Part shown: positions 22,501 through 32,240 of the stretch, piece by piece
How the letters are laid out: each line of letters starts with the position of its first letter
Numbering within the stretch: position 1 is the stretch's first letter
Assembly: GCA_009602725.1 (NCBI GenBank)
Contig: WELB01000028.1
Span: 70,671 to 102,910, forward strand
DNA length: 32,240 nt
Direction of reading: 5' to 3'
Source of the DNA: Spirogloea muscicola
Taxonomy: Eukaryota
The notes under the pieces: model-generated
What the model saw: only the letters and a program-made list of their open reading frames with translations
Databases searched by the model: none
What the model was told of the DNA's origin: nothing
Made by a program: the position numbers and the translations under genes

Positions 22501-23169
22501 GCTTGCTTTCCATCTCTCGCCTGCTGTAGAATCAACCTCAGCAAGGTCACTGGATTTTCTGCTAGTTGTCCTCCAGGCTTCACGGATGTCAGCTTGTGGG
22601 AGCGATTCCATCTGAATGGCATCCAACGCCTGCGCATGACCAGTGAGCACATGAGCATCTCATTATAATGTTGACATAGGATGGTTGCCACTCAATGTCA
22701 TCCATGCAGCAGCTCTACTTGATTGCTTCTGATGGCTGCCGCTGCTGCGATGAATGCTGCAGGCTTGGAGTATTGGCCTCCGACTGACAAGGACCTCAAT
22801 CGCAGGTGAGCACTGGCATGGGCTTCTGCAGCTTGTCAAAATCTACCAGAAGTTGGCTGAGGTGGAAGTGGCCGCTCATAGCCCATTGTTGGCTTCTTAC
22901 TGATAGCTTGAAATTGTTTGCTTGTCAGACCACTTTCGATGGTATCCGCTGGCATCCTGTCATCCTGTACAAAAGTTCGGAAGCTCCTTGTGCATGGAAC
23001 AGTCAGTGAGCACGTTCTCTTCATGCTGAAACGGATGACGGAGCTAAGAGATGTGGAAGTATGGGGCGACTACTATCCTTCACCAGAGGATGAAATGTCC
23101 TCGGAAATGCGTCTTGCATCCTCCAAGCGGTTTGAGGCAGCCATGATAAGTCGAGGTTATGTTGACTAG
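19571..23169 (+). CDS. MAX2: F-box/LRR protein MAX2/D3 ortholog, 9 exons, ~702 aa
   Basis: Exons 19571-19875, 20134-20281, 20491-20780, 20997-21171, 21365-21645, 21906-22314, 22426-22642, 22763-22805, 22929-23169 total 2109 nt in frame. Motifs: F-box ITDLSSGIL, LDLSRCSPWG, LVRWH, DPRY, LDCDW, SLWERFHLNGI, LEYWPPTDKDLN, RKLLVHGTVSEH, DYYPSPEDEMSSEMR. Confidence 0.96.
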
Positions 23170-24119
23170 GTGTATATAAGTGTTGTATTAATGAGTTGTG
23201 GGTGTAAGGTACCACTCTGACAACCTCAAAAGCACACTCCACATCCTCTGCAGCTGGGGCCATATAAGCTCCATATCTGTAGGCCTGGTAGTGGTATACT
23301 GGTTTAGGTGTTCTTGTATGTTGCAGATTCAGCCAGGGTTTATGGAGTCGCTTGCTTTTGTGCTAATCAGAAGCTGTGCAGAGGCTGGCGGTATGCAAGT
23401 GCTAACTGCCTTGCAAGTACTTGGGCTATCCCTTTGCATTCCTTTGAATCTTGGTTCACTACATTAGCACGCCTAACCAGCTTAGTGGAGTTGCGCGCCA
23501 TGCTTTCGCCTTGCATCTTTGGTGCATATGGTGGTCATTCAGGTTCATAATAGAGCCACCAAAAACTCTCTACAGAGTAGCTTGTAAGGTCAGAGTGCTT
23601 TCTATTCTTCTGGCGTCCCCAGTAGTTGGGTATAAATGATGTCACAAAGCAGCTCTGAGAAAGCCAGTCAGCTTGGAGTGGTATGGCGCTGTTATATGGC
23701 TGCTGTAGTGAGGAGGTGGTTAATCATCATCAGCACACCTTCTCGCTCTTTAAGGATGTGCAACAACGGACAGCAGTTGTCTGATTTGGGAGGCACCATA
23801 ACCATTAATCGTGGAAATGTGGACCGCCAGTGTGCCACCCTACTCGAGCATGGCCTTCTGATTGTCTGCGTTATGCAGGTTTTCTGTATACGAAAGGCTT
23901 TCCTGTCTATAGAAGGTTTGACTGCCGTCCACATTGCATTCAATCAACAAGCTCTTGACGAACGACTGACTGTAGTCCATTGCAGAAGACAAATCATCCG
24001 CGCAAAACACAAGAAGGTAATACAGGACACGACATCCATGGGCTTACTCCCCCTTCAGTGATTTGCATGTCACATTTGTGACCTCACATTTGTCTTCAGA
24101 GTCTGTACAGGGCGGCAGT

Positions 24120-27100
24120 CTATCTGAACCCATTGAGGAGCCGGTCGAGCCCGGGCTCGTAGTCCTCGCTAGATGGGTACCCCGACGACTCGTCGTCGTC
24201 CAAGTCCTGGCTGTCATCCTCGCTGTCGTTGTCTTCCTCCGACAGCATGCCCATCAGGTCCAGCTCCATGCGGCGGCTCTCGTTCTCCTCCAGCAGCTCA
24301 CTGTCCTCGTCACTGTCGCCCATCAGTATGCCCTCTGCGCCGTCCTCATTCTCGTCCCCCTCTGCCACGCCGTCCCCGTCCACGCCCAGCTCGACCTCGA
24401 CGGGCCCCCCCTCCAAGCCATCGTCATCATCATCATCCTCCTCGTCATCATCATCCTCGTCTTCGTCATCCTCGGTCTCGCCTCCATCGTCGGGGTCAGA
24501 GTCATCGTCCGTGGGCCGCCGCCTCCCCACTTCAAACAAGCGGGCGAACGAGTCCATCTCTTCCTGCTCATCCATGGCAACAACCGCAATGTAGGAATCT
24601 GTGGGCTCCACCGCGAGGTCCAGCACGCAACGATCCACAGATGTGACTGCGATGTCTGAGTAGTCCACGGCGTCCAGCGTCCGGAAGGAGGAGTAGAGGG
24701 GGTGCTTCTTCCGTCGAGACACAAGCGCCGACAGGATGTCGTCGTGGGTCCTCCTCAACGTGGCATAGATGACGTCCCCCGTGGCGTTGAAGCTGATTGT
24801 TGTCTGGTCCAGCGATGGAACACTACGAAGGAGCTTAAAGGCCCGGAGGTCCCACACCTCAGAGTTGAGGATCACCTGACAGACAAGCCTCTCCTCAGTG
24901 AGATTGTTGTACTTGGGACAAGTGCAGACGAAGAAAAATGCTGTGTTGCTGCCAGAGACGTAGACGAGAATGCAAAAGAGTGAAGGAAGCGGCTGAGGGA
25001 GGAAGTAGCAATCGCAACCGACCTCATTGCCGCTGGGATGGAAGCCGCCACCACCGTAATCAGTGAACTGGTCGAAGCGGTGGAGGGCCCTGGGCACCCG
25101 GTGGTCCCACAGGATGCCATTCCAGAGGAGGAACGACTCGGCCTGCCCAAAATGCACGCTCGATAGGCCGTGGCTGGCACGCCCCCCCGTAGCAGCGGGG
25201 TTGGGCGACGGCCCGTCCCTGTCCTTGAGGCTCTGCTGCAGCCGGCCAGTCTGCACGTCGTAGATCAGGACTTCCCGCTCGTGCGCTTCGGCCATGACGG
25301 TCGCGACACGCATTGCGCTCGGACTCAGCTTCCCAGCCTTCACGTCCTCCAGCTCAAGCAGCGGCTGGCCTGCCAGGTCGGCCGCGTCCCACAGCTTCAC
25401 AGCGTTGACTGTGGACGAGAGGAGGAGCTGCGCAGAGCCGTCAGCTGACGGCGCGCTCTGCAGCGACATGATGGGGCTCCCATGGGCGCTGCGCTGCTCC
25501 ACCACCTCGCCACCACCGGTGCGAAACACCCACAACTCGCCGTTGTGGGACCCCGCCGCCAGCCGGCTTGCGTCGCCCACAAATGCTGCGCACGTCAGCA
25601 GCGCCGAGTCGTCGCGGCACGTCCGCCATGGCCGGAAACGTGCATACACAAACTGGCGGTCGTGCCGCTTGCCCCATGGCCCTCCATGGGGCGGGTTGCG
25701 CTGCCGTGCGGCGAGCCGCGAAGCGGTGTTGAGTGGCGCGTCCAGAGCCCGGCGCGGCAGCGGGCACTCATGCGGGTGGATGAGCGAGAGCGGCGGCAGC
25801 GCCGTCACTGGTGACGGGCACTGCCGGTGCTGCTGCTTCAGGTACTGCAGTATGATGCCGTCCAGACTTGCGTGCGCCACCGCCGATGTTGGCTTGAGCA
25901 GCAGGGCGTCCTCACGGCCGTCCTCGGCCACTGCGCCGGCACCAGCGGCGAGGGCTGGGGAAGCGAAAAAGTGCGTGTTGTAGTAGGGGTGTGGCAGCGC
26001 TGGTTCCAGCTGCTGGGACGAAGGCGGCACGGGGAGGCTCCCGGCCTTCCCTGCGCGCGCTGCTGGCGGCGTCTGCTGCCCCCGCACCGCCGGCGCTGGC
26101 GCCTGGCCCAGGCCCAGCCTCTTGTTTGGAGGCGACTCGAGGTCCAGCGCCGCACCATCGTGATCCGTCAACTTGCGCTTGCTCGTCTCTGCCAGAGTGG
26201 CGTCTTTGCCGTGGGGGCTGTCCGGCGGCGGAGGCAGCCGGAGAGCCCCAGCTGGTGGAGTGCGAGGCCCAATCCGCGCCGAGAGGGACCGGGAAAAGGG
26301 CAGCGGCTTCTTGCGGGAGCGCTCGTCCGGCGTCGCCCCCGGCTGACTTGGGCCGGCTGCGTCGCTGCCATCGACAAAGAAGCCCCGTATCGTCCGGCCC
26401 CTTGGCCAATCTGGTAGCTGCAGAGCTGCGCCGGCCTTGCCCACCGCAGCCGGACTGGCAGCCGCCGCTTGCAATGCTGCGGGCGCAGCAGAAGGGGAAG
26501 CCGGGACAGCTCCATGGGCTGCCTGCTGGCTGCCAGAGGAGGGCGGCAGCTCGGTTGCAGCCACCAACGGCGAAATGCCGGCCTCATGCAGGAGTGTGGA
26601 TGCCGCAGATGGCAGCCCCGCCTTCAGGAGGTGCTCATGGATCAGTTGTAGAAGCTCACTGCAACACCGGGCGCCACAGATGAGTGGGACGAACACGAAT
26701 CAGATTGTCAACAGATTGGCAGTCACATCACGCCAATGACAAGTCCTTGTACAACTTCTTGCTCTACTGGCTGAAGCAATGAAGGGAAACTTGTAAAAAT
26801 CAACATCCTTGCGTGAGTCATGATCAGGACTTGAGCTTACAGGCTGTGACATGGCCAACACATAAGACGGCTTTGAAAAGAACGACAAGTCTCAAACGCA
26901 TGAGGGAATTGCTGAAGGTGGCAGCTTACTGGGAGGAGTAGCTGATGGGTGTGGCTGCTGCAATGGCCGCCCGCTCGATCCTACGGAAGGTTGGCGCGGC
27001 AGCCTCGCTTGCTGCCGCTGTGCTTGCTCGCCCGGCATTCGTAGTGATCTGGGCCAATCGATGACAGCCAATGAGAAGCCAATGTCAGGCGCCTCTCTAT

Positions 27101-30100
27101 TACAACAAACAATTGCCGCATGCAACCAACGGCTTGCAGAAGACACGACTGCTCGCGTCAAGTGCTCACCGCGATGAGCTCCAGAGCAACATGTTGAAAT
27201 TCAATGAGCCACTTGGCATGCTCCGCGCCACTTGCGCCCAGGTGCGTGCCCGCCCTGACCTGGGCGCCCGCCCTGCCACCAGCCTCTCGCAGAAGCTCCG
27301 ACAGCAGCCGGCCAACCTGCAAAACGGCAGGTATGCCATGAGGTCACGTGGATCACCTGATCCACCTCAGCACCTACTGTTGGCAGAAGCTCGATTGATT
27401 GGGTATAAGGAACTGAGTCTAGGTTGCAGTATCCAGGTTGTCAATTTAAGCATTCCGTCAGCTACAGTTCAAGCTCCTTTACAGAACAATCTCTAAGTTA
27501 TTTTGCAGCAAATCAAAGCTCACCTGGAGCTTTGTGAGGATGTGGGCGATCGCCTCATCGCGGGCGAGGCCAAGGAGCACGCGGCAGGCGAGTGCGCGCA
27601 CGCAGTCAGCAGACTGAGGCGGCAGCGCAGCGCGCGGGTGCAAGAGGTGTAGCAAGATCTTGATGCCATTGCCAGCGCGCACAGCATCCCGCGCCATGCG
27701 GTAACCCTGCTCCATGTACGCCGCCAGGCCGGGCCCGCCGCCGCCAGGGCCCAGCGAGATGCGGCGATCCCCTACAATCGCCGCTGCTGCGCTGCTGCCA
27801 CTGCCACCACCGCCTGCGGCTGCTGTGCTTGCTCCAGCCCCGCCGGATCCTGCAGCTGCCACACCACCTGCAACACCTGCAAGTGAATGATGTTCCAGGA
27901 TGCAGCATCAGCAGCCTGTGATGTAATCACAAAGCTGGCTGTCAGAGCACCAAAGCAGCTGATTGCATCTGCAAGCACATGAACGCACCGCCAGCAACCG
28001 TGCCAGTGGCTGCAGACGTGCCCGGTGGTAGCGGCGGCGGCACGTCGCCGCTTTCCCGCTCAGCGGCACTGCCGTGTGGGCGGCTGCAGAGGGAGGGCGG
28101 CGGGCACGCGAGGTTGGCCAGCACCAGCAGCGCCGCCTGGATCACCTGCGCTTGCTCGTGGGCCCCGCATATAGCGTGCTTACATTAAAATCACAGAAGA
28201 ACGTCCATAGGCCATTGAGCGAGAGGTTGCGACGGGCTAAACCTCAGCAAGGAAAGTTGAAAGCAGATGATATGCCTTCTCAAACTCTGTGACAGAATTT
28301 GTGACTGCATCTGACGCTAACCCTGAAATGTGAATCAAACTCTCAACACGTGCAAAATCTGGAGACACATACTGTCATTGTTGTGAGAAGCTGGCTGTCA
28401 CGCTTCCTGATCAGCCGGCCTGACCCACTAGCATTCCACCATATAGAGCAAAGGGGGGTGCCGATTGCCGACACACCTCAGCGTCAACGTGGGCGGCGCC
28501 GGCAGCAGCATCCAGTACGACGGCCACCGCAGGGCGGCCATTGGAGAGCACGGCGCCAAGCAGCGCGCGGCGGGCATAGGGCATGAGGGTGGCAAGTTGC
28601 AGCACGCCAAGTGCATAGCCTGCGGTCTCATGAAGGTATCGCTCGCCAGGCGCCGCCTGCGTGAGCTCCAGCAGGACGAGGAGGCCGCCGAGGTCGAGCA
28701 GCCGCTCGAGCGGCAGCCAGCGGGCACGCACGAGTGCCGGCCCCAGCCGCCTGTCGCGCGCCAGTGACGCCAGTGCCGCTTCCACCGCGTGCGTCACGTC
28801 GAGAGGCTTGCCATACTCGCCACGGGAGCCGCCGCCCACCCGGCTACTGCTGCTGCCGCCGCCACCGCCAGCGCGGCTGCCTCGCAGCGAGGCCTTGCCA
28901 GGGCGCAGCGAGTCCACAAGCTGCAGTAAGGAGACGCGGAAGTACTGGCGCAGCGCTAGGCAGGCGTTGTATGCGACCTGCTTGCCGGACGACGTCAGCA
29001 GCGCCTCCCCCCCTCCTCCCCCCCTCCCTTCTCCTTGAAGAAGTGCTGGCCGGTATTCGAGAGTCGGCAGCGTCGCTGTCCAGCCGTGGTTGGGGTCGTT
29101 GATGGCCCCTCCCTGGCCGCCGCCACCACCCTCCACCACTGCCAGTGCCGCAGCAGGCCTCTCGTCGCCGCCGCCCCCGCCGGGATGTCCACCAGAGCGC
29201 AGGATTGCTGCCGCACGCAGCAGGTTGAGCAGCCGTCGCAGGCCGTCCTGAGACTCGAACTCGTCGACGATGGCGCGGAAGGCGAAGGCTGCCGAGAAGA
29301 AGAGCGCGGCGTTCTTGCGCGCCTGATCCTGGGGGCATTCGAGCATCTCAAGCGCGAGCGCGACGAGCTCCGCCACCGTCGGCTGGGGCATTGCCACGAC
29401 ACGCTCCATCACGCCCTGCAAAGGCAGGGGCGCCAAGCACGGAGACCCACGAGAGGTGGCGTTGAGGAAGTACAGAGTCTGAAGCTGAGGAGCGAGGAGC
29501 GCGGAGGTAAGCCGTACTTAGGGAGGATGAGGGGAGCTGGTAGGAGGGAGGAGGAGGGAGGCTTGAAGGTGGCCGTGAAGCCATACCTGAAGCGAGGCAA
29601 TGGCAAAGAGGCAGAGCGAGATGCCGGTGTATGTGTACGGCGAGCGCGGGACGCGCAGCAGCAGGCGCACACCGCCGCGGTCGGCAAGGAGCGCCGCAAA
29701 CTTGCGGTGCGCCGCGAGCGCGCACACGAGCTTGAGCACATCCCCGCGCATGGCTGCCACAGCGCCTGCCGGTGCACCCGCCGGTGGCGGGCGCCCGCCG
29801 CGCAGCAGCGCCAGGCACACCTCCACGCCCCGCTCATGTAGCACCGGGCCCAGCACCTCGAGATACTCGCCCATCCCAGCGAGTGCCTGCACACAGAAGC
29901 GGTCGCGCAGCCACGCGAGGGCCTCCTGGCCTGTTGGCCACCCGTTGAGGTCGCCATTTTCATTGCCATCGCCGTCGCTGTCGCCATCGCCACGTTCAAT
30001 TGACGATGGCCCAACCCTCTCGTTCACGCTGCTCTCATGCGGACCCTCGCCTGCTGGCCTGCCCTCTCTCCCCCCATTTGCCTCCTCTCTCTGCTTCTCC

Positions 30101-32170
30101 TCCACCTCCGCCTGAATGCGCTCCCTGCACCAGACCAAGCCGCCAGCTGTTATGCATCCACATCGCAGCCTCTGGCGACTGCTGCACCTGTCACAAACAC
30201 CGGTGCATACTCTGCAAGGCCGGCACGTCTTGGAAGGGAAGTGAGCATACTGGCTGTGGCGGGACATCATGCCAGCGGTGACAACGAGAGACGCCGTCGC
30301 CTGCGCGCGGCCCAGGACGTGCTCGTCGCCAAGGCCTTCACTCAGAGCCTGCATGCAGCTCCAGGGAGGAGGGAGGTGAGAGGTCAAGCCACGGTACTCA
30401 AACACTTCATCACTATTTGGCTTAGGCTTTTCGTCTGGGTCATGGGAAGCCGCCGCGCCCAAGGGCACACGCACCCGCCCCGCGGCGGCCTTGACGAAGT
30501 CGGCGGCGGCGTCGCCGGCGGCGGCAACAGCCTCCGGCGGCGCGCCAGCCTGCCGGGCCTCCGTTTCGGCAGCGCGCACGGCCTCGCTCACGTGCAGCGA
30601 CACGTCCACGCTGCCCACAACTGCCACACGCAGGAGGACCCCCTCCGCCTCCCCCTCGCTCTTCCGCAGCTCTGTCTCCCCATCAGCGCTGCTCAGTGCT
30701 GCTTCCTGCCCGCTCATGGCTGCCGCCGCCACACCTGCAGCTGTGGCCCCTGTGCCCGGCTGGAGCTTGAGTAGCGCCGCGGCCGCGTCCTGGCTCTGTG
30801 GGTCTGGCGTGGCCGCAGACACGGCGGGCTTCGCACCTGGCACCCCCTCCCGGAGCTTGAGTACGCTGCTGCTGCCGTCACGTCTTCGCTCTGTCGGCTC
30901 AGGCACGCCGCTGCCACCGCCGCTGCCGCTGGCAGCAGCCCGAGCACCAGCGCCGTCCTCGCGCCGGTCCGGCAGCCGGCGAGTGCGGCCGAAGTCGGCC
31001 TCGGTCACAGCGCCGCCCCGCTGGGCCCCCGCCGCTGCAGCGCCTCGCACTCTGGCACGCCCGGTGCTGCTCGGCTCGCCTGTGTCTGCCCTCGCGCCGC
31101 CCCTCACTGCACCCTCCTCCTGTCCCTCCGCCAGGACTTTGGCCCCATTGCCACCTGCCAGAGCCGCCTCCGAGGAGCCGGGGGTGGCCACCTCCTGTGC
31201 CGCTGGCTCGCTGGCGGCGGGGCCGGAGTCGTCGCCCAGCAGACGCAGCCGCAGGTGCCGCATGAGCTTGCTCACCATGCCGGTCCGCACGATGTCGTCC
31301 ACCACATCCTCACTGTGCCCCCGCCACCAAATCCCCACCGACGCTCCCCGCCACGCATCAGCGCCGAGATGCTCATGCGACGAAGGCAATAAGTACGTCA
31401 CAGTAGAGGAAGAGAAGAGGGGAGGGCCAAGAGGGCGGAGCGCCTCACCCGCCGAGCGCGACAGCGAGCAGGCCGGTGGCATATGTCTGCAGCATCTCTC
31501 GGCCGCGCCAGGCCTGGGGGGTGTCACCTCCGTCGGAGGACGACGGAGGGGCGCACTCGCCCTGCCCGGCGGCCCACTGCTTGAGCTTCTCCAGCACCTC
31601 ATACTCGAAGACGTTGGGGTACTGCGCAGCGCGCGAAGCAAGCCATCAGCGATGGAAGCGGTGGCAGGGCTTCTGCAGCACCACGAGAGACACACGCCCA
31701 GACGTAGGACACCGCAGCGGCGCAGGAGCTGATGGAATAGTTGCGGCTGCTGATAGTGGAAGAGCGGCTGTGAAAGCTTGGCAGGGGAGGCGCGGACCAT
31801 CCAGCAGGAGACACAGGCGAGGAGGAGGCGCGCGGCGGCGGCGCGGCGCGCCACCGGGTGGCCGCCGTCGGCCAGCAGCCGCACGTTGATCAGCTCGTAA
31901 AAGTCGTCGTCGTCCTGCGGCGGCGCCGGCGTCAGCGAGAGAGAGAGAGGGAGGCGCCTGGCCTCGGAGGAGGGAGGGAGGAAGGAGGGGGCGGAGGCGG
32001 CCAGATTCCATGTAGTAATAGCAGCTGATAATAGAAGCTACACAATCAACTAATGCCCTTAAATGTGCTCCAAAAATTAGAGCGCGCGCACCCGCAGCGT
32101 GTTGGCCAGGCGGCCGATGGTGTGTGGCGACCGTGCGACGCCTTGCGCGCCCCCCGCCGCCTCCTGGTAC
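24120..32170 (-). CDS. DCAF1: DDB1- and CUL4-associated factor 1 (DCAF1/VprBP): ARM-like, LisH, WD40, acidic tail; 5' exon(s) outside window
   Basis: 13 phase-consistent exons: 32170-32092, 31914-31798, 31621-31449, 31312-30475, 30348-30251, 30124-29587, 29415-28477, 28145-27989, 27876-27524, 27316-27170, 27048-26930, 26658-25023, 24875-24120. Motifs: GEYLEVLGP, LAAHRKFAALL, ARKNAALFF, ELLQLIHEHL, YLKQQHRQCP, HRFDQFTDYGGGGFHPSGNEVILNSEVWDLR, D/E-rich tail. Confidence 0.96.
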
Positions 32171-32182
32171 CTGCCGCCACCG

Positions 32183-32214
<32 letters not shown>

Positions 32215-32240
32215 CGTCAGTCAATCTGGAGCACGGAAAG

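Noticed and set aside
24063..31889. Long + strand ORFs over DCAF1 (e.g. 30491-31732, 25294-25983, 29035-29841)
   Set aside because: Antisense shadows of GC-rich coding exons, with no independent motifs.
32170..32212. (CCG)n tract
   Set aside because: Low-complexity intronic GC repeat typical of gene 5' regions in this window.

Overview
Gene-dense, GC-rich, intron-containing eukaryotic DNA with three N-gaps. The gene set (MAX2, PAKRP2-like kinesin, root-cap family, plant-type RPN8/SYP32/DCAF1) and short introns suggest a streptophyte green alga; this is inference. Seven protein-coding genes were spliced by hand: RPN8 (-), a PAKRP2/KINID1-like kinesin with degenerate switch motifs (+), a prolyl-4-hydroxylase-like dioxygenase (+), a root-cap/LEA-related protein spanning a gap (-), SYP32/syntaxin-5 (-), a 9-exon MAX2 F-box-LRR (+) and DCAF1/VprBP (-, 5' end outside the window). 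Intergenic spacers in the first 16 kb carry about 8 decayed, 5'-truncated pieces of one non-LTR retrotransposon family with a restriction-like endonuclease (CRE-like). These share a 3'-UTR hairpin and twice sit head-to-head. There are no prokaryotic-type systems such as CRISPR arrays. Homology calls rest on recalled family motifs, not database searches.
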